In this document: positions 29,844 through 38,670 of the stretch, in pieces
Numbering within the stretch: position 1 is the stretch's first letter
Layout: the number at the start of each line of letters is the position of its first letter
Assembly (NCBI GenBank): GCA_035652335.1
Contig: DASRDZ010000013.1
Span: 6,154-70,153 of the forward strand
Reading direction: 5' to 3'
DNA: 64,000 bases
From: Candidatus Dormiibacterota bacterium
Lineage (GTDB): Bacteria > Chloroflexota > Dormibacteria > Aeolococcales > Aeolococcaceae
Notes under the pieces: model-generated
The model's database searches: none
What the model saw: only the letters and a program-made list of their open reading frames with translations
Told to the model about the DNA's origin: nothing
Translations under genes and position numbers: made by a program

Positions 29844-30497
29844 GTGACCGAGACGCTGCGCGACCTCGTCGAGCTGGCCGTCGTCGTCGACGACAACTTC
29901 GACCAGAACAGCTACGTGCTGCACCGCCGCGACACCGACGCCGCGCTGGTCTTCGACCCCGGGCTGCAGCACCCGCGCACCCTGGCCCTGCTGGAGAAGA
30001 ACAACCTGCGCTGCGAGCGCGTCCTGCTCACCCATGGGCATCCCGACCACGTCAACGGCGTGCCCGCGGTGATCGCGGCGCACCGCTGCGAGGCGGCCAT
30101 CCACCCCGACGACCGCCCCATGCTCGACTTCGCCACCCGCCTCCCGGGCGTCCCCGACGACCTGCCGCCCATCGTCGCCTCGCTCGACCTGAGCGACGGG
30201 GAGGTGTTCCGCTGGCAGGACCTCGACGTCAAGGTGATGCACACGCCCGGGCACACCCAGGGCTCTGTGTGCTTCCTCGTCGGTCGCGACCTGATCGCCG
30301 GCGACACCCTCTTCCAGCGCAGCGTCGGCCGCACCGACCTCCCCGGCGGCTCCTGGGAGACGCTGATGTTCTCGATCCAGAACACCCTCTACGCCCTGCC
30401 GCCGGAGACCGTGGTCTACCCGGGCCACGGGCCGCGCACCACGATCCGCGACGAGATGCAGTACAACCCCTTCGTGGTGCACCCGCGGTACCGGTGA
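29844..30497 (+). CDS. MBL-fold metallo-hydrolase
   Basis: In the frame of ORF 27930..30497. GTG 29844 follows the ABC stop. 'LLTHGHPDHVNG…HTPGHTQGS'. Confidence 0.8.
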   Translation: MTETLRDLVELAVVVDDNFDQNSYVLHRRDTDAALVFDPGLQHPRTLALLEKNNLRCERVLLTHGHPDHVNGVPAVIAAHRCEAAIHPDDRPMLDFATRLPGVPDDLPPIVASLDLSDGEVFRWQDLDVKVMHTPGHTQGSVCFLVGRDLIAGDTLFQRSVGRTDLPGGSWETLMFSIQNTLYALPPETVVYPGHGPRTTIRDEMQYNPFVVHPRYR

Positions 30498-30519
30498 GGG
30501 CGCGCGTTCTGAGCGCGCC

Positions 30520-31089
30520 CTAGTGAGCGCGCTCCAAGCGCTCCAGCAGGTCGTGCAGGATGGCCGCGCTCGCGCCCCAGATCACGCGGCCCGCCGCCTC
30601 GTAGAAGTACACCTCCCGACCCATCGGATCCCCCGGCACGCGGCGTGCCGTGAGCGGCGCCACCATCAGCTCCGCCAGCGGGATCCTGAACCACTCCGCC
30701 ACCTCATACGGCTCCGGCACCGGCTCCACCGCCTCCCGCTGCAGCGCCACCACCGGCGTCACCCGCCGGTACGACGTTGCCGTCAACACCGGCCGCAACT
30801 GCCCGAGCACGTCGACCTGCTCCGGCGCGACGCCCATCTCCTCCTGAAGCTCGCGCAGCCCCCCGGCGACGACCCCGCCGTCGCCCTCCTCGATGCCCCC
30901 GCCGGGAAAGGCGATCTGCCCGCGATGCGTCGGCACCAGGCGGGAGCGGCGCATGAAGAGCAGCGGCAGGCCGGGCTCGGCGGGGTCGAAGAGCAGCACC
31001 ACCGCCGCGGCGTCGTCCGGCTCGGCGGCTGCGTCGGGAGCGGTGGGGGAGACGACCTCGCGCAGGCGGTCGACGAGGTGGTCGGGCAT
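30520..31089 (-). CDS. NUDIX hydrolase (CoA-pyrophosphatase-like)
   Basis: ORF 30520..31089. Nudix box 'GGGIEEGDGGVVAGGLRELQEEMGV'. Confidence 0.8.
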   Translation of the reverse strand: MPDHLVDRLREVVSPTAPDAAAEPDDAAAVVLLFDPAEPGLPLLFMRRSRLVPTHRGQIAFPGGGIEEGDGGVVAGGLRELQEEMGVAPEQVDVLGQLRPVLTATSYRRVTPVVALQREAVEPVPEPYEVAEWFRIPLAELMVAPLTARRVPGDPMGREVYFYEAAGRVIWGASAAILHDLLERLERAH

Positions 31090-31167
31090 GGTCGACGAGT
31101 GTGACGCCTGCGGGGACGAGAGCGCGGGGCGGCGGCGCGCATGCCACCACCCCGCGCGGGGCAGGCT

Positions 31168-31887
31168 CTAGGCGGGAACCGGCGAGCGGTGCCAGTCCCA
31201 GATCGTGGAGATCGGCGGCAGCGGCTGGGCGAAGTCGATCTCTGGGATCATGAAGCTGCGCAGCTGCTCCTTGAACCAGAGGTCGTAGGGCGCGTTCGAC
31301 GCCGAGAAGCGGTTGTTGCCGTCGGCGGGATCGTGCCCCTCGAGGTAGACGCACACGACGTCGCCGTCGGGGCCGGAGTTCAGCGTGACCGTCTCCTGGG
31401 TGATGCCCAGCGCGCGGCGCGACGCGGTGTGCTCCGCCACGCGGTCGGTGAACGCCTGCTGCGCGAAGGCGCGGCCGACGTCGGTCTTGCCGGGCTGCAG
31501 CGGGGAGATGAAGGTGAGGCCCTTGCGGCGGTCGGTGCTGGTGACGTCGGGGTCGCGCCAGTGGCCGACCACCTCCGGCGGCGGGCCGGGCGGCGGCTGG
31601 GTCACGTCGACGCCGTGCACCTCGAGGACCGCAGCACGGAAGTCGCGGTCGATGGGCAGGTCGGACGTGGCGATCAGGTTGAAGGTCGTCGCGAAGTCCT
31701 GCTCGGATTCGAGGTAGGGGATCGCGAACTCTCCCATCGGAGTCGGCATCAGGTAGACGCGCTCCAGGGTGATGCCCTTCTGCCGCCTCGACTCCTCGTA
31801 CTCAGCCTGGCGGCCGGTGTAGACGCCTGCCACCGAGGCGGCCACCTTGCCGGGAAGCACCGGCACCGGAAATGCGTAACGTGCCAT
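31168..31887 (-). CDS. Hypothetical protein (239 aa)
   Basis: ORF 31168..31887. GC3-rich and protein-like. A CCCCGCGCGGGG palindrome lies just downstream of its stop. Confidence 0.45.
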   Translation of the reverse strand: MARYAFPVPVLPGKVAASVAGVYTGRQAEYEESRRQKGITLERVYLMPTPMGEFAIPYLESEQDFATTFNLIATSDLPIDRDFRAAVLEVHGVDVTQPPPGPPPEVVGHWRDPDVTSTDRRKGLTFISPLQPGKTDVGRAFAQQAFTDRVAEHTASRRALGITQETVTLNSGPDGDVVCVYLEGHDPADGNNRFSASNAPYDLWFKEQLRSFMIPEIDFAQPLPPISTIWDWHRSPVPA

Positions 31888-31987
31888 TCGCCTCTGTCCC
31901 CCTGTGATCTGCCGACTAGGGCAGTGGGGACTCTACGCGCGATCCCGCGCCATGACACGTCTCAGCGCGGGTTCGCCCGCGCCGCGC

Positions 31988-32302
31988 TCAGCGCCCGACG
32001 CGCGTCAGCTCGATCTCCAGCCTGGTCATCGCCTCCGCACGGCGGATCGCGTCGGCGACCAGTGCTGAGAACTGCTGGCGGCGACGGTAGCGCGCCGCTG
32101 CATCCGCCTCCTTGGCGTCGGCCAGGACCTGGATCTCCTCGGGAGCCATTGCGGCATACTCCTCGGCGTGGTGGACGGCTCTCCAGGCGAGGGCCTCACC
32201 GATCGGGTCCGGGGATCCGGCTCCGAACGGATCGACCCCTGTGGTGTGCACAACGTAACCCGAGCCAGGCGAGTTGCGGTGACGTTCGTAGAGAGCGACC
32301 AT
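31988..32302 (-). CDS. Hypothetical protein (104 aa)
   Basis: ORF 31988..32302. A GCGCGGG-ttc-GCCCGCGC hairpin lies downstream of the stop. Confidence 0.35.
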   Translation of the reverse strand: MVALYERHRNSPGSGYVVHTTGVDPFGAGSPDPIGEALAWRAVHHAEEYAAMAPEEIQVLADAKEADAAARYRRRQQFSALVADAIRRAEAMTRLEIELTRVGR

Positions 32303-32349
32303 GACGACAGGTCAAGACGGCTGCACGGCGGTGCAACGGGAAGCTGAGA

Positions 32350-32712
32350 GTGTCAACGGATGTAAATCGCGGCGCCGTTTCGCCACCGGTTCGCGTGGCC
32401 CGCGCTGAGGCGGGAGGCTCCGGCGGCGCGCCGCCGCGGCGACTCTGCAAGAGCTGCGGTGGGGACCTCCGCCGATCACACGTGGCGTATCTCGGCGGCG
32501 GCAGCGAAGCCGTGGTCTACCGCTGCGCCGTGTGCGGGACCGTCTCGCAGGGCCCGGCGCAGTCGCGCGCCGAGCGCTCGCGGTCGGAGGACGTTCGCGG
32601 CGGCCGGCGCCGCCGCCCGCTTCCCGACGAGGGCTCGCCGGACAACCCGGTGATCGACGGCGACCTGGCCCGGCAGCTCCGCGAGCGCTTCGGCGGCTCG
32701 GAGGACTCCTAG
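32350..32712 (+). CDS. Hypothetical zinc-ribbon protein (CKSCGG…CAVCG)
   Basis: ORF 32350..32712. The first codons are AT3-rich, so the true start may be GTG ~32395. The two CxxC motifs are 20 aa apart. Confidence 0.35.
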   Translation: MSTDVNRGAVSPPVRVARAEAGGSGGAPPRRLCKSCGGDLRRSHVAYLGGGSEAVVYRCAVCGTVSQGPAQSRAERSRSEDVRGGRRRRPLPDEGSPDNPVIDGDLARQLRERFGGSEDS

Positions 32713-33578
32713 CCGCCGGCCGGCTCGATGGCCTTCGCGGTGCGGCGCCGTGGCTTGGCGGGGGCCGTGCGCCGCCTGGGCCTGGCGGTTGCGGACGGGT
32801 CCGGCACGAACCGGTCGAACCACTCCAGCACGCGCTGGTTGATGTCGTCGCGGTCGACGTCGACGCTCATGCCGTGCCCGCTGCGCGGGTACATGTGCCG
32901 TTCGACGTGCGCGCTGCAGACCAGGCCGCGCTCGATGTCGGCGGCGTTGCGCGGGTCGATCACCCGGTCGCGGCCGCCGTGCAGCACCAGCACCGGCTGG
33001 CGCACCAGGGGCAGCTCGCGGCGGACGGCGCCGACGAAGAGGTCGAGCTGGCGGATGGCCCGGGTGGGGCGGCGCCCGTAGGAGTGGAGCTCGTGGACGG
33101 CCTCGGGCCAGTAGAGGTCGACGTCCGCCGGGTCGGAGACGTCCCAGCGGACCACGTGCTTGGCGAGGGGCAGCAGCCTGAGCCGCCAGTCGCTCAGCCA
33201 CACGGGGGCCGCCTGGGTGGCCACCGCCCTGATGCGGTCGTCGTGGGCGGCGAGGTGGAGGGCCATGGTGCCGCCCATCGACTGGCCGGCCACGACCACG
33301 TGCTCGCATTCGCCGGCCAGCTCGTCCAGCGCGCGCTGGGCCGAGGCCGCCCAATCCCGCCAGGTGGTGCGCTCCAGGTCCTCGGGGGTGGTGGCGTGCC
33401 CCGCCATGGCGGGCCCGCTGCAGCGCCAGCCGTGGGCGGCGAGGTGCTCGCCGAGGCGGCGCAGCTCGGGAGGCGTCCCGGCGAAGCCGTGGAGCAGCAG
33501 GGCCCCCCGCGGGCCCTCGCCCAGCACCCACGGCCGCACCACCTCGGGGTCGAAGGGGAGGAGGCTGCGAGCTGTCAT
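32709..33578 (-). CDS. Alpha/beta-fold hydrolase (esterase/lipase family)
   Basis: ORF 32709..33578. 'LLLHGFAG', nucleophile elbow 'GQSMGG', and a C-terminal His. Confidence 0.8.
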   Translation of the reverse strand: MTARSLLPFDPEVVRPWVLGEGPRGALLLHGFAGTPPELRRLGEHLAAHGWRCSGPAMAGHATTPEDLERTTWRDWAASAQRALDELAGECEHVVVAGQSMGGTMALHLAAHDDRIRAVATQAAPVWLSDWRLRLLPLAKHVVRWDVSDPADVDLYWPEAVHELHSYGRRPTRAIRQLDLFVGAVRRELPLVRQPVLVLHGGRDRVIDPRNAADIERGLVCSAHVERHMYPRSGHGMSVDVDRDDINQRVLEWFDRFVPDPSATARPRRRTAPAKPRRRTAKAIEPAGG

Positions 33579-33770
33579 GGTGGAGGGCCCGGCCAGTATA
33601 GGCAGAACCCCCTTCCTGTCACGGCCGCTCGGACGGCCGGTAAAGGTGTCACGACTGCGTCACGGCGCCGGGACGAATTGGTCAAATCTGGCAGGTAGTG
33701 ACAGAACGGTCCGGTCACAAGCTGTGAATCCAGACTACATTCGTCGCCCAGCACACTAGGATCCTCAATC

Positions 33771-35294
33771 GTGCAAAGGGCAGAGGCGATGGACGTCGCC
33801 GCGATCGGTCAACCCCAAGCGCGTCCGGCCCAGCGGCCGCAATGGCGGGCTTTCGAGCGCCTGCGCGCAGCGTTCGCGGAGGACATCGTCCGCGCGGCGC
33901 CGGTGACCTACACCCCTGAGCTGGTCGCCTATGTCGGCCTGACCAACCTGGTGGCCATCGGCGTTGGGGTCGCCACGGTGCGCACCTCGACCGACCCGGC
34001 CGGCACCGCCATCCTGGCGAGCGCCATCGCGCTCATGGCCGTGTTCAACATCCGCTTCCTCTCGACGGTCAACACGCTGTTCAGCGCGACGACCTTCATG
34101 CACCTGGGCCTGGCGCTCGGCGTCGGCCCCGTCGGAGCTCTCGCCGGGGCGGTGAGCGAGAGCGTGGCTGTGCTGTTCCGCTATCGGACCGGCCTGTTCC
34201 GCACCGCATTCAACGTCCCCTTGGTGTTCCTCGCGAACGTGTCAGCCTGGGGAACCTACGTCGTCTTCGCGCGGCTTCCGGTGCATGGAGCGCTCTACGC
34301 GGGACTTACCGGCATCGCCACCGGGTTCGTCCACTGGGCGGTGAACTACTTCATGCTCAGCGGGATCGTCACGGTCGCGGCGCACCGCCCCTACTGGCGC
34401 CAGATCCGCGAGGCGCTGGTGGTCGCCCCGTACCACCTCTGCTATGGGTACGCAGCCATTGGCTTCGTGGCCCTGCACGACCACTTCGGCGCCATGGGAT
34501 TCACCTTCGCCATGGCTCCCGTGGCCGCCCTGCAGGCCTTCCTGGTCGTTCTGTCCCGGCGCACACGCCAGCACGAGACCGAGCGCGATCAGCTCCTCGG
34601 ACAGCTGCAGGAGGAGAGCATTCGGGTCGAGCGCTCGTACGATGCAACGCTGATCGCGCTGACCCACGCGCTGGACGCGCGCGACAAGGAGACCGAGGGC
34701 CACTCCCGCCGGGTCGTGGAGTACACGAAGCTGATCGCGGTGCAGCTCGGCATCGAGGGCGAGAAGCTCAAGCTCCTCTGCCACGGCGCCCTTCTGCACG
34801 ACATCGGCAAGATCGGTGTGCCCGACGCCATCCTGCACAAGCCGGGCCCGCTCACCGAGGCCGAGTGGCAGGTGATGCGCCGGCACCCGGAGATCGGGGC
34901 GCTCATGGTCGAGGAGGTCGAGTACCTCGCCGAGGCGCGGCGGATCATCCTCCACCACCACGAGCGTTGGGACGGCCGCGGCTATCCGCTCGGCCTGCGG
35001 GGCCCGCAGATCAGCCAGGGTGCCCGCGCCTTCGCCATCGCGGACACCATCGACGCCATCACCCAGGACCGCCCCTACCGGCGGGGCCGTTCGCTCGACG
35101 AGGCGCGGGAGGAGATCCTCCGCCACCGGGGCACCCAGTTCGACCCCGACGCCGTGGATGCGTTCCTCTCCCTCCGAGAGGCGGACCTGATCAACGTCGC
35201 GGCCATCCGGGCCAGGGTTGCGCTCGACCTCCTGGTCGGGAACAGCTCGGTCCAGCGTGCTCCCGTCGCGGCAGGGGTGCCAGCGCCGGCCTGA
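33771..35294 (+). CDS. Membrane-associated HD-GYP domain c-di-GMP phosphodiesterase
   Basis: ORF 33771..35294. The start may be ATG 33789, which has RBS GGCAGAGG. Multi-TM N-terminus and 'LLHDIGKIGVPD…HHERWDGRGYP'. Confidence 0.8.
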   Translation: MQRAEAMDVAAIGQPQARPAQRPQWRAFERLRAAFAEDIVRAAPVTYTPELVAYVGLTNLVAIGVGVATVRTSTDPAGTAILASAIALMAVFNIRFLSTVNTLFSATTFMHLGLALGVGPVGALAGAVSESVAVLFRYRTGLFRTAFNVPLVFLANVSAWGTYVVFARLPVHGALYAGLTGIATGFVHWAVNYFMLSGIVTVAAHRPYWRQIREALVVAPYHLCYGYAAIGFVALHDHFGAMGFTFAMAPVAALQAFLVVLSRRTRQHETERDQLLGQLQEESIRVERSYDATLIALTHALDARDKETEGHSRRVVEYTKLIAVQLGIEGEKLKLLCHGALLHDIGKIGVPDAILHKPGPLTEAEWQVMRRHPEIGALMVEEVEYLAEARRIILHHHERWDGRGYPLGLRGPQISQGARAFAIADTIDAITQDRPYRRGRSLDEAREEILRHRGTQFDPDAVDAFLSLREADLINVAAIRARVALDLLVGNSSVQRAPVAAGVPAPA

Positions 35295-35421
35295 GCTCGG
35301 CTGCGGGCAACCACGGTGGGCGGGAAGGGCAGCGCGCCGGCGACAGGCTCGTGAGTCTTTACAGCCCGAGCCCGGGCGCCCGGCCGGATGTCACAGACCC
35401 ATGACGCCGAATGTTTAGCGC

Positions 35422-35451
35422 TTGACGGGAAGTCATGTGGCCCGTTACTGT
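35422..35451 (+). promoter_or_regulatory. Putative sigma-A promoter TTGACG-N18-TACTGT
   Basis: TTGACG 35422-35427 and TACTGT 35446-35451. The same hexamer pair occurs upstream of mraZ (40503/40526). Confidence 0.3.
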
Positions 35452-35597
35452 TGCGCCACGAACGCAACGGGGCCGTGACCAGGAGGTGACGGCCGAGTAG
35501 CACAAACCGGAGTGGGCGCTCCGGAGTGCCGGACCCCGATGTTGCAGCATCGGGCCGGCGACGACGAAATCTGCCCCAAAAGGAGGTGTAACAGTCC

Positions 35598-35639
35598 ATG
35601 GCTACCTGGACGGGCCACGAAGTGGGTACCTGGGGCTAG
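35598..35639 (+). CDS. Upstream leader ORF, 13 codons (MATWTGHEVGTWG)
   Basis: Strong RBS AAAGGAGGTG 9 nt upstream of the ATG. It is preceded by a ~140-nt leader with four hairpins and followed by a terminator-like structure. Confidence 0.35.
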   Translation: MATWTGHEVGTWG

Positions 35640-35692
35640 TTCGTCGGCACTGGGTGCCCGGCAAAGGTATCCGGTCGACATGACGCCCAAGT

Positions 35693-35750
35693 GGCGCAGG
35701 TGTCGCGGGGTGGTGACATCCCCCGACTTCTGCGCCACTTCCTTTTTCCT
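35693..35750 (+). terminator. Candidate intrinsic terminator/attenuator between the leader ORF and the MFS gene
   Basis: GGCGCAG…(inner CGGGG/CCCCG hairpin)…CTGCGCC followed by ACTTCCTTTTTCC. Confidence 0.35.
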
Positions 35751-35862
35751 GAGCTTCACCCGACCATGGCGGAGTGCCCGATTGGCCACGACAGTCCCCC
35801 CAACCCGCACAATTCCTCCAGGACAGGCCGTGGGAGCCGCGGCAGCGGGCAGCTTCCACGAG

Positions 35863-37107
35863 GTGAAGGTGGTGGAGCAGGACATCGTCGCCGCGACGCT
35901 CGTGACGGCCCAGGGTCCGGTCACCGAGCGTGGCTGGGGCGGCCAGGGCTCGCGGTTCGCGCGCTACATCACCGCCACCTGGCTCTCCCTGTACGGAGAC
36001 TGGTTCAGCACCGTGGCCCTGGTGGTGCTGCTGTACCGCCTGAGCGGGCCGGCCGCGCCCGCTGGCTACATGCTCGCGCGCGTCCTGCCACGCCTGCTCA
36101 GCGCCAACATCGGTGGGAACCTCGCAGATCGCCTCAAGCCGCAGCACGTGGTCGCTGGGTGCGCCGCAATCCAGGCGCTCTTCACCCTGTCGATCGTGCT
36201 CTCGGCGCGCATACAGGCCACGTGGGCCATCTACGGCGCAGTGGCGATCGCTCAGTTCGCCGGCGGTGTCTCCCGGCCTGCGTCCGCGTCCCTCATCCCC
36301 CGGGTGGCGCCGCCGGGCAAGCTGCAGAGGGCCAATGCCCTGTACACGCTGGGGTTCTCGTCGAGCGTCGCGGTCGCTCCGGCCATCGCCGGCCCGCTCC
36401 TCCCGGCGATCGGCGCCGAGGCGCTGCTCATCATCGACACCCTGACCTTCGCGGTTGCCTCTTTCCTCATGTTGACGTTGCGAGTCCGTGGTGCTGGGGC
36501 GTGGGCACCTCCGGCAGAAGGGGCCGTCTCGGGTCTGCGCGCGGTGTGGCGCGACCCTGTCCTCAGGGTGATCGCCGCCGCCTGGGCATGCAGCGCCATC
36601 GCTGCCACGGCGGGTGGCGCGGTGCTGGTGCTCGTGGCCGGGTCGCTGGGCGACGCCTCCGCGGTGGGGTACCTGTATGCCGCCATGGGCGGCTGCGCAG
36701 TGCTGGTCGGGTTCGTGATGCTGCTCCGGCGCACCGCCTTCGTCGGACGCGACGTCATCGTGGGATTCGCCGTGCTCGAAGTGGTCGGCCTCGCCCTCCT
36801 TACCCTGCACGGCGGCTACGCCACGACATACCTCGCCCTCGCCGTCACCGGCGGGAGCGCCGTCGTGTGGCAGACGCTCGCCCTGACGGACGTCCATCTG
36901 CGCGCCGACCCGGCCCGCATGGGGCGGGTGAACGCTGTGATCGTGCAGTCGATGACGGCGGGGATGCTGGTCGGGGCACTGCTGGCGCTGGCCCTGGTGC
37001 CGTGGGCCGGCTGGGAGCACGCCCTCTTCATCGCCTGCTGCGTCTCCCTCCTCGTCCTCGCCGCCGGCGTGGTCCTCGGCCCGAAGCGCCGCAGCACGCC
37101 TGACTGA
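35863..37107 (+). CDS. MFS transporter
   Basis: 3' part of ORF 35512..37107. Start among GTG 35863, 35869 and 35872 (GAGGTG RBS). 12 TM segments. Confidence 0.7.
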   Translation: MKVVEQDIVAATLVTAQGPVTERGWGGQGSRFARYITATWLSLYGDWFSTVALVVLLYRLSGPAAPAGYMLARVLPRLLSANIGGNLADRLKPQHVVAGCAAIQALFTLSIVLSARIQATWAIYGAVAIAQFAGGVSRPASASLIPRVAPPGKLQRANALYTLGFSSSVAVAPAIAGPLLPAIGAEALLIIDTLTFAVASFLMLTLRVRGAGAWAPPAEGAVSGLRAVWRDPVLRVIAAAWACSAIAATAGGAVLVLVAGSLGDASAVGYLYAAMGGCAVLVGFVMLLRRTAFVGRDVIVGFAVLEVVGLALLTLHGGYATTYLALAVTGGSAVVWQTLALTDVHLRADPARMGRVNAVIVQSMTAGMLVGALLALALVPWAGWEHALFIACCVSLLVLAAGVVLGPKRRSTPD

Positions 37108-37147
37108 GCCCGATCGGCCCCGCCCGACGTGGTACCGTCCGGCCGCG

Positions 37148-38191
37148 ATGACCGACGGGGACACGCTGCTTCGCGACGCGCTCGACCGCGTCGTGCGCGG
37201 TGGGGACCTCGACATCGACACCGCCCGGGCGGTGATGGACCGGATCATGGAGGGGGCGGCGACCCCGGCCCAGATCGGGGCGCTGCTGGCGGCACTGCGC
37301 ACCAAGGGCGAGACGGTCGACGAGATGGCGGGGATGGTGCAGTCGATGCGGGAGCACGCCACCCAGGTCGACCTCGGCGGCCTGCAGGCGGTGGACACGT
37401 GCGGCACCGGCGGCGACGGCTCCGGCACCTTCAACATCTCCACCGCGGCGGCGCTGGTGGTGGCGGGCGCGGGGTGCCCGGTCGCGAAGCACGGCAACCG
37501 GGCGCAGTCGAGCCGATGCGGCAGTGCCGACGTCCTGGAGGCGCTGGGGGTGGCCATTGCGCTGAGCCCCGACGGCGTGCGCCGCTGCGTCGAGGAGGCG
37601 GGCATCGGCTTCCTCTTCGCGCAATCGTTCCACCCGGCGATGCGCCACGCGGCGGGGGTGCGGCGCGAGCTGGGCATCCGCACCGCGTTCAACGTGCTCG
37701 GCCCGCTCGCCAACCCGGCCGGGGTGCGCCACCAGTCGCTGGGCGTCGGCGACGCCGGCCTCGCCCTCACCATGGCCAGGGTGCTGCACCGCCTCGGCCA
37801 TCGCCGCGCCATCGTCTTCGCCGGTCCGCACGGGATCGACGAGCTGGGCCTCGCCGGCACCGCGCAGTGCCATGAGGTCACTCCCGACGGCATCCGCGAC
37901 TTCACCCTCGACCCCCAGGAGCTCGACATCGCCGCCGCGCCGCTGGAGGCGCTCCGCGGTGGCGACGCCGAGGACAACGCGCAGCGCATCCGCCGCGTCC
38001 TCGGCGGCGAGCCGGGCCCGGCGCTCGACGTGGTCATCCTGAACGCGGCCGCCGCGCTGGTCGCAGCCGAGCGGGCGCCCGACTTCGGCGAGGGGCTGGA
38101 GCAGGCGCGTGCCTCGATCGCCTCGGGTTCGGCGAGGCGCAGCCTCGACAGCCTGGTCCGCGTCTCCCAGCAGGCGGCCGCCGCCGCATGA
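37148..38191 (+). CDS. trpD: Anthranilate phosphoribosyltransferase
   Basis: ORF 37148..38191. 'DTCGTGGDGSGTFNISTAAALVVAGAG…KHGNRA'. Confidence 0.9.
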   Translation: MTDGDTLLRDALDRVVRGGDLDIDTARAVMDRIMEGAATPAQIGALLAALRTKGETVDEMAGMVQSMREHATQVDLGGLQAVDTCGTGGDGSGTFNISTAAALVVAGAGCPVAKHGNRAQSSRCGSADVLEALGVAIALSPDGVRRCVEEAGIGFLFAQSFHPAMRHAAGVRRELGIRTAFNVLGPLANPAGVRHQSLGVGDAGLALTMARVLHRLGHRRAIVFAGPHGIDELGLAGTAQCHEVTPDGIRDFTLDPQELDIAAAPLEALRGGDAEDNAQRIRRVLGGEPGPALDVVILNAAAALVAAERAPDFGEGLEQARASIASGSARRSLDSLVRVSQQAAAAA

Positions 38192-38670
38192 CGGTGCCGC
38201 GCCTCAACCCCCGGCTCCGCGCCCTGCTGGCGCTGCTCCCGGAGGCGCGGACGGTCGCCGACGTGGGCGCCGGCCACGGCGCGCTGGCGGTGCACCTGGC
38301 CCATCGCGGCGCCGGCCGCGTCATCGCCACCGAGGCGGCGCGCGGGCCCTTCGCCGAGCTCTGCCACAACCTCGACTGGTGGGACGCGCGCGCCCGGGTC
38401 GAGCCCCGCTTCGGCGCCAACCTCGACCCCATCGACGCCGGCGAGGTGGAGGGCGTGGTCGCGGCGGGGATGGGGGCGCGCAACCTGCTCGGCATCTGCG
38501 CCGGCGCCGAGGAGCGCGAGGTGCGCTGGGTGGCGCTGCAGTGCATCCAGGATCCCGAGCTGGTCGAGCCCTGGCTGGCCGAGCGCGGCTGGCGGGTGGC
38601 GGCCCTGCAGGTTGCGGTCGACCGTGGCCACAACTATCCGAGCTGGCTCGTCGAGGTGCCCTCGGCATGA
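38188..38670 (+). CDS. Class I SAM-dependent methyltransferase (TrmK / tRNA m1A22-methyltransferase-like)
   Basis: ORF 38188..38670. ATGA overlap with the trpD stop. 'VADVGAGHGALAVHLA' SAM motif. Confidence 0.55.
   Translation: MTVPRLNPRLRALLALLPEARTVADVGAGHGALAVHLAHRGAGRVIATEAARGPFAELCHNLDWWDARARVEPRFGANLDPIDAGEVEGVVAAGMGARNLLGICAGAEEREVRWVALQCIQDPELVEPWLAERGWRVAALQVAVDRGHNYPSWLVEVPSA

Noticed and set aside
35512-35862. N-terminal 117-aa extension of the MFS ORF (35512..37107), and the long 5' extensions of ORFs 6237..8321, 10337..11419, 42726..46007, 50094..52052, 52060..53913 and 57438..59069
   Set aside because: These are upstream open frames without stop codons that run through other genes or structured leaders. 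Domain boundaries, RBSs and gene-overlap junctions place the real starts downstream.
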